Assembly (NCBI GenBank): GCA_046294625.1
Contig: JBKBKN010000004.1
Location: 69,982 to 133,981 of the forward strand
Direction: 5' to 3'
Source of the DNA: Flavobacteriales bacterium
Lineage (GTDB): Bacteria; Bacteroidota; Bacteroidia; M30B66
DNA: 64,000 bases
The notes below the pieces were generated by a model. The model was not told the DNA's origin. It did not search any database and was given only the letters and a program-made list of their open reading frames with translations. The translations under genes and the position numbers were made by a program. Shown here in pieces: positions 1 to 9,987 of this stretch (within the stretch, counting starts at the first letter, position 1; every line of letters begins with the position of its first letter).

Positions 1-1
1 A

Positions 2-418
2 GCTCACATCATACAGGCGCGTGCAGAAGATATTATTGAACATGTTCACTTCGAAATTAAAAACTCCGGTTTCAGCAGCAAAAACCTACTTGAAGGCTTA
101 GTTGTAACAGGTGGTGGAGCGAAATTGAAGCATATCAAACAACTCATAGAATATATGACAGGCATGCCTACAAGAATCGGCTACCCGAATGAGCATTTGG
201 CTGGTTCCAATCAGGAAATTGAAAGTCCGATGTATGCCACATCAGTAGGATTAGTAATCAGGGGAATTGCTAATGAAGAAGCCACAAAGCAGAAAAATCA
301 GGAGACTGCAAAAGGTGGAAAGAAGACCACTCCCTACAAGCCAAAAAGCATTTTTGACGGCTTCTTTAGCAAAGGAAAAGCGTTTTTCGATATGGACAAC
401 GACGACAAAAACATCTAA
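2..418 (+). CDS. ftsA: Cell division protein FtsA, C-terminal part (5' end lies outside the window)
   Basis: The frame is open from base 2. It reads AHIIQARAEDIIEHV...VVTGGGAKLKHIKQLIEYMTGMPTRIGYPNEHL, an actin-like FtsA C-terminus. It lies directly upstream of ftsZ. Confidence 0.9.
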   Translation, partial: AHIIQARAEDIIEHVHFEIKNSGFSSKNLLEGLVVTGGGAKLKHIKQLIEYMTGMPTRIGYPNEHLAGSNQEIESPMYATSVGLVIRGIANEEATKQKNQETAKGGKKTTPYKPKSIFDGFFSKGKAFFDMDNDDKNI

Positions 419-460
419 CATCAAACAATCAAATCACAATAACAACAAAAGCAATTACTC

Positions 461-1933
461 ATGGAAAGCAACAAAAGCATAATCGCAAATTTTGATCTGC
501 CCAGAGAACTTTCGTCTATCATCAAGGTGATAGGCGTGGGCGGCGGTGGCAGCAATGCTGTGAATCACATGCACAGGCAAGGTATAAAAGGAGTAGATTT
601 TATCATCTGCAACACTGATCAGCAAGCACTCGACTCTAGCAATGTACCGGTTAAGATTCAATTAGGAAACTTCCTGACAGAAGGGCGTGGCGCTGGCGCA
701 AATCCTGAAATCGGACGCGAAGCAGCGAAAGAAAACCTCGATGAACTAAGGGAGCTGTTAAAACAAAAAACTAAAATGGTGTTTATCACTGCCGGAATGG
801 GCGGTGGCACCGGAACAGGGGCTGCTCCTGTAATAGCAGGCCTCGCTAAAGAAATGGGAATACTCACCGTGGGTATCGTCACCTATCCCTTCAAATTTGA
901 AGGAAAAAGAAGAATCGAATACGCGCAAACGGGTATCGATGAATTGAAAAAAAATGTAGATACACTCATCGTGATATCGAATGAGAAACTTCGCGAACTG
1001 TCAAAAGACCAAACAATGACCGAAGCATTTGCCAAAGCAGACAATGTACTTACCATTGCAGCTAAAGGAATTGCTGAGATCATCACAGTGACCGGCTACA
1101 TCAATGTTGACTTTGCCGATGTATATACTGTAATGAAAGATGGCGGTTCGGCCATTATGGGATCCGGCTCTGCCGAAGGACAATCCAGAGCGATGGATGC
1201 AGTAAGAGCAGCATTAAATTCTCCGCTCCTTAATGATAATAGAATCAAAGGCGCGAAGCATGTTTTGATTAACATTACCAGCGGAAAGTCTGAAGTGACC
1301 ATGGAAGAAATGTGCGAAATCAGTGATTACGTGCAAGAAGAAGCAGGTCAGACAGCCAATATCATCCTTGGAACAGGATCAGACGAATCGCTCGAAAATA
1401 AACTTAGTGTTACAGTGATTGCAACAGGCTTTCAGGCTGTAGAAGAAAATCAAGCTCCAGTAGTGCATCAGCTCGCTTCGCCGGTTGCAAACAAGCCTAT
1501 TGAAAACAAAATCGTGAATGAAGAGCCTGTATTAAAATCACAGTTAGTAGTGGGTCCGGATAGAGAAGAACTTCGCATGATGAAAAGAAGTGAAGATGAG
1601 GTACCTGAAGAGCTTCAGATTACGCTTAAATACAAAGACAGCACTGACGAAACTGCGGTTAATCATGAGCAGGAGTTAAACCGCCAGGCCGAAGAAAGAC
1701 GTTTGCGCATGAAAATGATGCACGACAACATTCCCGGACAAAAGATGAGCCCTCCGCTTCCTACTTCACAACTGGAAGATATCCCGGCTTACCTGAGACG
1801 AAACATTAAGCTTTCAGAAGTAAGCACGTCTGATAGCACTAAGGCTTCGCGCTATACCCTTACCGATAACCCGGAGACTAAAAATTTAGACATCCGCGCT
1901 AACAATAATTTCCTTCACGATAACCCAGATTGA
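461..1933 (+). CDS. ftsZ: Cell division protein FtsZ
   Basis: Tubulin/FtsZ signatures GVGGGGSNAVNHM and FITAGMGGGTGTGAAPV. A long, charged C-terminal linker ends in DIPAYLRR. Confidence 0.97.
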   Translation: MESNKSIIANFDLPRELSSIIKVIGVGGGGSNAVNHMHRQGIKGVDFIICNTDQQALDSSNVPVKIQLGNFLTEGRGAGANPEIGREAAKENLDELRELLKQKTKMVFITAGMGGGTGTGAAPVIAGLAKEMGILTVGIVTYPFKFEGKRRIEYAQTGIDELKKNVDTLIVISNEKLRELSKDQTMTEAFAKADNVLTIAAKGIAEIITVTGYINVDFADVYTVMKDGGSAIMGSGSAEGQSRAMDAVRAALNSPLLNDNRIKGAKHVLINITSGKSEVTMEEMCEISDYVQEEAGQTANIILGTGSDESLENKLSVTVIATGFQAVEENQAPVVHQLASPVANKPIENKIVNEEPVLKSQLVVGPDREELRMMKRSEDEVPEELQITLKYKDSTDETAVNHEQELNRQAEERRLRMKMMHDNIPGQKMSPPLPTSQLEDIPAYLRRNIKLSEVSTSDSTKASRYTLTDNPETKNLDIRANNNFLHDNPD

Positions 1934-1935
1934 AT

Positions 1936-2379
1936 ATGAGCTTAGAAGAGAGAATCAATGCCGACATCAAAACAGCCATGTTGGCGAAGGAAAAAGAAAA
2001 GTTAGAAGCACTTCGTGCCATAAAATCAGCTGTACTATTGGCTAAGACAGAAAAAGTTGGAAGCGAACTCGATGCTGATATGGAAATGAAACTATTGCAA
2101 AAACTAGTAAAGCAGCGCAAAGAGTCTGCAGCGATTTATGTGACTCAATCGCGCCAAGATATGGCTGATGCAGAACTTTTTCAAGCAACTGTGATTGAAC
2201 AATACCTGCCTGCCCAAATAAGTGAAGAGGAAATTAGACAGACCATTACAGAGATCATAGCTTCTACCGGAGCATCCGGCATGAAAGATATGGGCAAAGT
2301 GATGGGTTTAGCTTCAAAACAGTTGGCAGGAAAAGCAGATGGTAAACTTATCTCAGAGATCGTAAAGAGCATGTTGTAA
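1936..2379 (+). CDS. GatB/YqeY domain-containing protein
   Basis: MSLEERINADIKTAMLAKEKEKLEALRAIKSA... is a typical YqeY N-terminus. The ORF track starts at TTG 1930; ATG 1936 is the more likely start. Confidence 0.8.
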   Translation: MSLEERINADIKTAMLAKEKEKLEALRAIKSAVLLAKTEKVGSELDADMEMKLLQKLVKQRKESAAIYVTQSRQDMADAELFQATVIEQYLPAQISEEEIRQTITEIIASTGASGMKDMGKVMGLASKQLAGKADGKLISEIVKSML

Positions 2380-2408
2380 AGTGCGTTTGGTTGTTGTTTA
2401 TTTGATAA

Positions 2409-2440
2409 GCGGGGTTCCGAATCGGAACCCCGCTTTTTTG
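2409..2440 (+). terminator. Rho-independent terminator after the yqeY-like gene
   Basis: Stem GCGGGGTTCC, loop GAATC, stem GGAACCCCGC, followed by a T-run. Confidence 0.8.
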
Positions 2441-2744
2441 TGCCATACGGGATCACATCCATAAAGTTGTAATTGCTACCGCGAAATGACCTTTCTAAAC
2501 TTATTCAAGTGGGGTAAACCAAGCTTTTTATTGAGTGATATTCTTCATAAATTGATATTATTATGTTAATGTATACTTCACAAACACTGTTGTCAACCAA
2601 GAAATCAGGCTTGGCTATGATTAAAAGATTTCAAGCACTCCTGCTAAGAAATGTGGGATTTCTTATGGATCACATTGCGGAACAATGCAAAAACAACGAA
2701 ATAAAAAACAAGCTTCAGTTTAACCTTCTTATTTAGACCAAAAA

Positions 2745-5546
2745 ATGAAAACAAAAATGACGCATATGAAAACAAGTTTACACAAACTCAAAAAAACACT
2801 TTGCACTTTTCTGCTTAGTATGATTGGTGTCAGCTATTTGCAGGCACAGGATATTTTGGTGGCGGAATATAAATTTGAAACTAACCAACAAGGATGGAAT
2901 TGGCAATCTTACACCACCATGGGTGCCCCTACTACCAACCCTACAGCGGGATGGATTACAGGCTTGAACTGGGCATTACATGGTGGCACAGCGGGATGCA
3001 TCAGACATAATGTTTCAAGTGGAGCAGGAAATTGGTTTGCACAATCTCCAGAACACGCTTTTCAAGCAGGCGAAGAGTATTATGTAAAGTTTGGAACTAC
3101 TTTATCTGCAGCTAACACAATAGCCGTTAATCAACGCGTACAGCTCCGCATGGGAACAAGCGCAACACACAACATGGGTACAATCGTTTTACCCTCTCAA
3201 ACCATTCCTAACACAGCTGTGGGTGCAGCTAATTACGTAGAATATACAACTCCTACTTATGTTGTTCCTGTTGATGGAAATTATAGGATAAAAATTGGTG
3301 TCTTCTTTAGCGCCGGATCATTTGCATGCTATTTAGACGGAATCAGACTATTTAAAGTAGCTCCACCGGCCAACACTTGGCAAGGAGATGTGAGCAGCGA
3401 TTGGAACAACCCAGCAAACTGGAGCAACAATGCCGTGCCTGTGGCTTCAGATCAGGTAGTCATTCCCGCGGTATCTTCTCCTAATGTATATCCTGTATTG
3501 AGCGGAATAAGCTCAAGTGTCACCACCTTAACCGTGCAAAATGGCGCCAGCTTAACTATTGAAGGCAATGCGGCTCTTACGCTTAGTGGTGATCTTACGA
3601 ACAATGGTAGCATTACCGTAAATTCCGGTGCTGCATTGGTGCAAACAGCAAGCTCTACAGCAAGTGGAACCGGCACCTACAACATTAGACGCCAATTGCC
3701 GGGTAGTAATTTGGGCTTCCGCTTTATGGGCTCGCCCATCAGTAACCTGCCGGTAACTGGTATCACAGGCATCACCCCAACCGGACCTGATGGCGGACAA
3801 GTAACCCCTATGCCAAATTGTAACCCAAATTTTGTAGCTGCCGGCTCGCCTTATGGAAATATTCTTGAATTGAGAGAAAATCCTACAACTGTATTGAGCA
3901 ACTGCGCACAGTCGCTATGGCATGTGAAGAGTGCGGGTAATCTTGAAAATGCAAGAGGCTATGCCCTTCGCGGCCAAGGTGGGCAAACTGTGACATTCAC
4001 CGGAAATCAAATAAATAATGGAGATGTTACTATTAGCGGTCTAACTCGACAGCCGGGCACCATCAATGACCACTTGACAGGAGGTGTAACGCGTGGCTGG
4101 CATCTATTGGCCAATCCCTATCCCTCGCCTATTGTGATCACTGGATCAACAGATCTAGAACCTATTGGATTTGAAGGTCAAATTCATTTGTTTAACTCCG
4201 CAACGGGAACATGGATTGCTCCTGTGCCTCCATCTACCCCGATAACAATTGCTCCCGGTCAAGCATTTCAAATCAGAAAAATTACTGTAGGAGGCACATC
4301 AAGTTTCACCTTTACCAATGCGATGCGTGTAGCCACCATTGGTGCATCATTCTTTAGCGAAAATACCGATTGGTTTGATTATCGATTAACAGCCAAAGTA
4401 TCAGGAAACGGATTTACTGACGAATCACATGTTTTCTTTAATCCAAATGCCACGCCGGAATTTGATCCGGCTTATGATGCCAATAAACTCATTTCCAATC
4501 CGGATGTGCCTGCCTTATTTACCATGTCCGGTATTGAGCGAATGACCTACAACGGATTGCCTTTGTTAAATGCTCCCACACAGGTTGATATGGCATTCTA
4601 TCCAGCCAACAACGGAAGCTTTAATTTAAGTTTCGATTATCTTGAATCGCTACCATCCACAGTTATGATATATCTACAAGACAAGAAAACAGGTGTGTGG
4701 ACTAATCTGAGAACTCAAAGCAGCTACACATTTACTTCATCTGCCGGTGATGATATTCAGCGATTTGTTTTGCATTTTGAACCTGCTTTGCGCATCAGTG
4801 CCTTTGAAGCAGCTTGCCAAAATAACAATGGAAGAATTGAAATTATCAACCCATCCAATGAAAACTGGATGGCTACCATTTCAAATGGTGACTTTAGCCA
4901 AACACTTGCCATTGCACCAGGTAACTATGAAATCGCCGGATTATCAGCAGGTATTTATTCCATCAGCTTGAGCAATAACAATTATCTTGTAAGCGAAACG
5001 ATTACTGTAAATGAATTGGCCCCAGTTGATGCTGCATTTCACTTAATCGGCGTTGAAAATAAGATACTCCCTTATCAGCAATTAACGGCAATGGTTAGCA
5101 ATCCAAATGAAAACGCAACCTATGAATGGCTGCTGGATGGCTTATTCATCGGCTTTGGTTCTGAAATTTCATTTGCAGTAGCCGATGCCGGAAACTATAA
5201 TTTGACGCTTCAGGCAAATGCAAATGGATGCGCAAACACATCGGTTCAAAACATTTCGGTAGATCAGACTACATCAATTATGGAAGCTTATGCTTCTGCT
5301 CAAGTCAGAGCTTTTCCAAATCCTGCCAATCAAGTATTGAATTTTGTCTGGAATGCTTCTCACAATTTCGATCAGCTTATCATTAGCGATATAACCGGAA
5401 GAAGAATCAGTGAAACTAATTTGTCAGGTCGCATGCAAGCCAATCAATATCAAATGGATGTGCGCAATATGAATGAGGGCATTTATTTGGCCACTTTCCT
5501 CTCCGGGCAAAAACAAGTAACGATTAATTTTATCGTGAGTAAATAA
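2745..5546 (+). CDS. Secreted T9SS cargo protein of unknown function (type-A C-terminal sorting domain)
   Basis: Signal peptide ...LLSMIGVSYLQAQ. C-terminal sorting domain VRAFPNPANQVLNF...GIYLATFLSGQKQVTINFIVSK. Residues from about 210 onward are paralogous to the C-terminal part of the giant protein at 47626-49835. Confidence 0.85.
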   Translation: MKTKMTHMKTSLHKLKKTLCTFLLSMIGVSYLQAQDILVAEYKFETNQQGWNWQSYTTMGAPTTNPTAGWITGLNWALHGGTAGCIRHNVSSGAGNWFAQSPEHAFQAGEEYYVKFGTTLSAANTIAVNQRVQLRMGTSATHNMGTIVLPSQTIPNTAVGAANYVEYTTPTYVVPVDGNYRIKIGVFFSAGSFACYLDGIRLFKVAPPANTWQGDVSSDWNNPANWSNNAVPVASDQVVIPAVSSPNVYPVLSGISSSVTTLTVQNGASLTIEGNAALTLSGDLTNNGSITVNSGAALVQTASSTASGTGTYNIRRQLPGSNLGFRFMGSPISNLPVTGITGITPTGPDGGQVTPMPNCNPNFVAAGSPYGNILELRENPTTVLSNCAQSLWHVKSAGNLENARGYALRGQGGQTVTFTGNQINNGDVTISGLTRQPGTINDHLTGGVTRGWHLLANPYPSPIVITGSTDLEPIGFEGQIHLFNSATGTWIAPVPPSTPITIAPGQAFQIRKITVGGTSSFTFTNAMRVATIGASFFSENTDWFDYRLTAKVSGNGFTDESHVFFNPNATPEFDPAYDANKLISNPDVPALFTMSGIERMTYNGLPLLNAPTQVDMAFYPANNGSFNLSFDYLESLPSTVMIYLQDKKTGVWTNLRTQSSYTFTSSAGDDIQRFVLHFEPALRISAFEAACQNNNGRIEIINPSNENWMATISNGDFSQTLAIAPGNYEIAGLSAGIYSISLSNNNYLVSETITVNELAPVDAAFHLIGVENKILPYQQLTAMVSNPNENATYEWLLDGLFIGFGSEISFAVADAGNYNLTLQANANGCANTSVQNISVDQTTSIMEAYASAQVRAFPNPANQVLNFVWNASHNFDQLIISDITGRRISETNLSGRMQANQYQMDVRNMNEGIYLATFLSGQKQVTINFIVSK

Positions 5547-5571
5547 AGCAAAACTAAGTTTGGGTTTATAT

Positions 5572-5609
5572 AAAAAAACCGAAAAGGAGTGACCTTTTCG
5601 GTTTTTTTT
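5572..5609. terminator. Bidirectional rho-independent terminator between convergent genes
   Basis: An A-run, stem AACCGAAAAGG, loop AGTGA, stem CCTTTTCGGTT, then a T-run. It is usable on either strand. Confidence 0.75.
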
Positions 5610-5629
5610 ATGCCGAACAACAAACAACC

Positions 5630-6865
5630 TCATAAGTTCAACTTTTGCATCAGCCTAAACTGATTCCGCGCAAAAAGCAAAACTCCCCAAATGGTCCAAA
5701 AGACAATTCCAGCCTGACGATTCAGGATGGACTCTGTAAGCGAATTGATAAGAATGATCAACCCGAATATTATCATAAGAAAGTCGCGGTTTTTTATCCC
5801 ATAAAATATAGGCAAACCCATATACATGATTAAAAACAGAAAGCCTCCTACGCCAAGCGCCAAAAAGGTTTGAAGGAACTGGTTGTGCGCATTGAGCTTT
5901 TTTTCAAATAAAAAATCATGACCCCTTTTTTGATATTCCTGATTCAAAGCTTCATTATCATTGCCCACACCGGTTCCAATCCAAAAGTTGTTTTTGATCA
6001 CCGCCCATGTAGATTGCCAAACCAATATTCGCTGACCGGCAGTGTCCACAGCATGATCGTCCTTTACACTGTAGGTTCTTATATCTTTGATCAACGTGTT
6101 TAATCTGTTAAATGGTACGGGTAAAAATGCCAGTGAAATGGCTAATATCATGGCTGAAACCCCTATGATAATGCGAGATTGGGTTGATTTCACCTTATCC
6201 TGAATCCATCGGAGTCCAAAAGCAAGATAAATAGCCAACAAGGTGATGAGTGCACTTTTCGAAGCCAACAAATAAATGCCAATGGTGAAAAATAGAATCA
6301 ATAAACTCGAAATTTTGGGGTTGAAAGGGCATTTTTCAGTCCCATAGTCAGATAAGAGCAATGCAATGCAAAAGCACAAATACATAGAAAAGTAGCCTGT
6401 ATGCATAAAATGTGATAGATTGACATAATAGAAAGCATGCCAGTCGCCGTGTTGCAAATAGGTTTGAAGGGAAAGGCCAAAACAGGCGACCAATGCAGTA
6501 AGATTGGCCAAAACAAAAGCCTTGGACGCCCTTTCAAACAACGCTGATATTCCATTCAAACCACCGGAAATCATCAGAAAAGCAAGTAAAGCTACAGATG
6601 TTTTCTGCACTGCATCAAACTGCGCCAGCGTCGGGTCGTTTGTCCCAATCATTCCAAGCAGATACATCAAAGCATAAACTACACTCCATCTGAGAAATAC
6701 CGAAGACAGAATTGCTTTTGCTGGTTTGTCCCTCAGGAATGCAAATACTGCATTTCCTATCAAGCCAGCAAGCACTAAGGATAAGGCTCCCTGATAAATA
6801 GGCAACATGACCAATGCCACGATAATTAAAACGCTATTGATATTTTCCGGATTCAATCTTGCCAT
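5630..6865 (-). CDS. O-antigen ligase/polymerase family (Wzy_C-type) membrane protein
   Basis: Polytopic membrane protein with the periplasmic-loop motif ...NAHNQFLQTFLALGVGGFLFL typical of the family. It is the last gene of the polysaccharide operon. Confidence 0.75.
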   Translation of the reverse strand: MARLNPENINSVLIIVALVMLPIYQGALSLVLAGLIGNAVFAFLRDKPAKAILSSVFLRWSVVYALMYLLGMIGTNDPTLAQFDAVQKTSVALLAFLMISGGLNGISALFERASKAFVLANLTALVACFGLSLQTYLQHGDWHAFYYVNLSHFMHTGYFSMYLCFCIALLLSDYGTEKCPFNPKISSLLILFFTIGIYLLASKSALITLLAIYLAFGLRWIQDKVKSTQSRIIIGVSAMILAISLAFLPVPFNRLNTLIKDIRTYSVKDDHAVDTAGQRILVWQSTWAVIKNNFWIGTGVGNDNEALNQEYQKRGHDFLFEKKLNAHNQFLQTFLALGVGGFLFLIMYMGLPIFYGIKNRDFLMIIFGLIILINSLTESILNRQAGIVFWTIWGVLLFARNQFRLMQKLNL

Positions 6866-6931
6866 AGCCTCATCATGCTAAATAGGTAACAAAATTGCGC
6901 TAAATTCATACCAGTGTTCTGACCCATCGGT

Positions 6932-8170
6932 TTATTTATTTTTTTGACCCAATCGCAACAAGAGCTCTTTTCTAAATCGCTCTGCTATCAAATTTCGGTT
7001 AAATTTCTCTCTAACATAACGATAGCCGTTTTCACCCAACAGTGCACAATACTCCGAACCGGAGTAGAGCAACATGGCTTTATTGGCCAGATCCTGCGCA
7101 TTTTCTGGTTCAAAAGCAAGGCCGGACTTACCCTGATCAATAAATAATTGTTTGGCTTCTCCTTCCACACCCAGCAAAATTGGCTTTTTCATCGCCAATA
7201 CTTCAAACAGTTTGGATGGAATAGCACCAAGAAACAAGGGCAACCTCTTCAAAGGAATGACAGAGGCATCACAGGCTTTAATGATTGCCGGCATCTTGGC
7301 TTTAGGCTGATTAGGTAGAAAAACCAAATTATTTAGTCCCGCATTTCTCGTCATCGCCATCAACTTTTCCTTCTCCGGACCATCTCCAATTAGAATAAAC
7401 TTGATGTTGGGTTCTTCTCTCAACATTCCTGCAGCCTTCACGATCACTTCCAGTCCTTGTGCATAGCCAATGATCCCTGCATAAAAGATCAAAAAATCAC
7501 TATCCAAAAAACCTTGCTCTTGTCGCCATGCTCCCGTCTCTTTATTCGGGTCATACAAATCCGAATCTACCCCATTAGGCAACCAAATGATATCTTTTCT
7601 GTCTGTTCGGCTGCTGATATTGGCAACAATACCTTGTGTCTGTCCGCTGATTACACTTGATTTTCTGTAAAGCCATAGCTCTAGTCTTTCGGCCATGCGA
7701 AGCACTACCTTGTTAGAAATAATTCCCAGTTTTTCTGCACTTTCCGGCCACAAATCAGATACATTAAAAATCAGTCTGGCTCGTTTAAACCGAGAAAGAA
7801 TTACTGCAGTTATTCCCAAGAAAAGAGGCGGACTTTCACAAAGCACATAATCATAGCGCCCGCGGATAAACAGACCACGCAGCAGTGAAGTGAACACAAA
7901 TGAGAAATAGTTGAACAGGCGTGCCATCACCGACCGACTTTTGCCCACATAAATCCATGCACGGAAAAGCTTAATTCCGTCCATCTCCTCCCTGAAGAAG
8001 AGTTTTCCTTTATAATCAGAAAAGATCTGGTTTTTAGGATAATTGGGCATGGCGGTGAGCACGGTCACTTCATCGCCTGCTTTTACCAATCTGCTCGCAA
8101 TTTCAAATAAACGATTCTGTGGTGCGCCGGTCTCAGGTGGAAAATATTGTGTCAGAATCAGAATTCTCAT
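6932..8170 (-). CDS. Glycosyltransferase family 4 (WbuB/WcaI-like, GT-B fold)
   Basis: MRILILTQYFPPETGAPQNRLFEIA... is a typical N-terminus. Start set at ATG 8170, which forms an ATGA overlap with the asnB stop; the ORF-track start at 8191 would overlap asnB further. Confidence 0.85.
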   Translation of the reverse strand: MRILILTQYFPPETGAPQNRLFEIASRLVKAGDEVTVLTAMPNYPKNQIFSDYKGKLFFREEMDGIKLFRAWIYVGKSRSVMARLFNYFSFVFTSLLRGLFIRGRYDYVLCESPPLFLGITAVILSRFKRARLIFNVSDLWPESAEKLGIISNKVVLRMAERLELWLYRKSSVISGQTQGIVANISSRTDRKDIIWLPNGVDSDLYDPNKETGAWRQEQGFLDSDFLIFYAGIIGYAQGLEVIVKAAGMLREEPNIKFILIGDGPEKEKLMAMTRNAGLNNLVFLPNQPKAKMPAIIKACDASVIPLKRLPLFLGAIPSKLFEVLAMKKPILLGVEGEAKQLFIDQGKSGLAFEPENAQDLANKAMLLYSGSEYCALLGENGYRYVREKFNRNLIAERFRKELLLRLGQKNK

Positions 8171-9987
8171 GCAAAGTGTTGTTTGGCCCATTTCTCCGCA
8201 ATAAATAGCCGAAGCATTTCACTGTAATGCATCGACGATTTTCCGCCTAAATATGATTGATAAACCTCCATAAGCTTTTTTGAATCAATCAGCCCCAGCT
8301 CATCCAGTTTGCTTTGTTTGAATGCAGTAATTATATCATTTCGCAAGGATGTTTTAGTCCACAATTCTTCGGGCAAGGTAAAGCCTTTTTTATCTCTGCG
8401 CCAACGGATAGCATCGGGTAGTTCATGCATAGATTTTCGCAAAAGATATTTGCTCCAGCCATTTCTGATTTTCTCCAATTCAGCCACGTTGAGCATGAAA
8501 TTCACCAAACGGTGATCCATAAATGGCAATCGAGATTCTATGCTCCATGCCATGGAGTTTCGGTCTTCGTAATGTGCAAGCGCCGGCACTGAAAATCGCT
8601 CGATATCCACTATTTGCCGTTCTCTAATGTCATCAGCCATCCAGGTGCTTTCAGGAGTGTAGGTGTATAATTGATACGCTTTTGCCGCACCTGCCTTTCC
8701 AGGTAAATAGCGCTTGGCATGTGCTAAGTCAAATTGCCAAATCATCGTACGGTAAATCAGTGATGCAAAGAGCTCTTTCAGCATTTGCAGATACGACCCA
8801 TCGCGACGGAGCTTTTGAAGATAGAAAAAATAAAATTTCAAGTACCCCATCAAAATCTCGTCTCCGCCTTGCCCGCTCAGCACCACTGTGACATCGGTTT
8901 CTTGCTTTATTTTCTGAAAAATCTGATACTGCGCCACCATACTCATTCCGGAGAAAGGTTCATCCTGATGCTCGATCACCTTATCAAACATTCCGAGCAT
9001 TTTTTCAGGATCTAACGAAAGCTGATGATTTGCAATACCTTTTTCCTTTACCAACAGATTGATAAAGCTAGCTTCACTATACTTTTTATGATCAGACACC
9101 ACCGAATACGATGAAAAACTATCGCCTAGCATCTCTTGCGCCACCTCAGTGATGGCCGATGAATCTAACCCTCCGCTCAGCAATGCCCCTGTTTTCACAT
9201 CGCTCCTTAGCCTTATGCGCACACTGTCAAAAAACAGTTCACGAAATTGGCTAACCAAGTCACCGCTGTGCAATGTTTGATTACGCTCAAAATCCCAGTA
9301 GGTCTCATGTCGCTGCTTACCACTTTTTAAATCTATATGATAGTTGGTGCGTGGAGCAACCTTCTTAATATGTTCAAAAAAGGTATCTGTTTGATCGTCG
9401 ATCAAGGCTTGATTGATAAATCGGGCAAAGGCACTTTGATTTACTTTCTTATGTTCAAGCAGCGGAAGCAATTGCTTAATCTCACTGGCAAAATAAATAT
9501 CGCTTTGCTGCTTTAAATAGTACAATGGCTTAATGCTGAATCGATCGCGCGAGGCAATCACTCCCTGCCGTTGACAATCATACAGCACAAAAGCCCACAT
9601 GCCGTTGAACAGGTGAAAACCGTCTGCACCATAATGCTGATAGACCCGGATAATTACTTCCGTATCGGTTTCTGTATGAAACTGGACACCTTTTTTTTGT
9701 AGATCTTGACGCAGTTCGATATAATTAAATATTTCACCATTGAATACGATGTGAATGCCATCGAAGCTCATCGGCTGAGTGCCCGAGTCCGACAAATCAA
9801 TGATGGCTAATCGGCGATGGCCGAAAAAGATATTGAAACCCTGTTCTTCTGAAGATGCGGCAAAAGTCAAATGTTTCCCCGCATCCGGTCCGCGATGTTT
9901 CACCCGGTCGGTCAACTCGCGAAAATAGTGTGCTTGATTGGGGTCAAAGACTCCTTGGGTTCTTATGGCTGCAAATATTCCGCACAT
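8167..9987 (-). CDS. asnB: Asparagine synthase (glutamine-hydrolysing) family amidotransferase
   Basis: N-terminal nucleophile MCGI. SGGLDSS PP-loop motif. 606 aa. Embedded in a polysaccharide cluster, so it probably amidates a sugar rather than making asparagine. Confidence 0.9.
   Translation of the reverse strand: MCGIFAAIRTQGVFDPNQAHYFRELTDRVKHRGPDAGKHLTFAASSEEQGFNIFFGHRRLAIIDLSDSGTQPMSFDGIHIVFNGEIFNYIELRQDLQKKGVQFHTETDTEVIIRVYQHYGADGFHLFNGMWAFVLYDCQRQGVIASRDRFSIKPLYYLKQQSDIYFASEIKQLLPLLEHKKVNQSAFARFINQALIDDQTDTFFEHIKKVAPRTNYHIDLKSGKQRHETYWDFERNQTLHSGDLVSQFRELFFDSVRIRLRSDVKTGALLSGGLDSSAITEVAQEMLGDSFSSYSVVSDHKKYSEASFINLLVKEKGIANHQLSLDPEKMLGMFDKVIEHQDEPFSGMSMVAQYQIFQKIKQETDVTVVLSGQGGDEILMGYLKFYFFYLQKLRRDGSYLQMLKELFASLIYRTMIWQFDLAHAKRYLPGKAGAAKAYQLYTYTPESTWMADDIRERQIVDIERFSVPALAHYEDRNSMAWSIESRLPFMDHRLVNFMLNVAELEKIRNGWSKYLLRKSMHELPDAIRWRRDKKGFTLPEELWTKTSLRNDIITAFKQSKLDELGLIDSKKLMEVYQSYLGGKSSMHYSEMLRLFIAEKWAKQHFA

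Noticed and set aside
2563-2736. A 57-aa ORF (MLMYTSQTLLSTKKSGLAMIKRFQALLLRNVGF...) ending 8 nt before the 933-aa cargo gene.
   Set aside because: It has no recognisable domain, signal or promoter box, and is below the ORF-track cutoff. It cannot be separated from chance without conservation data.
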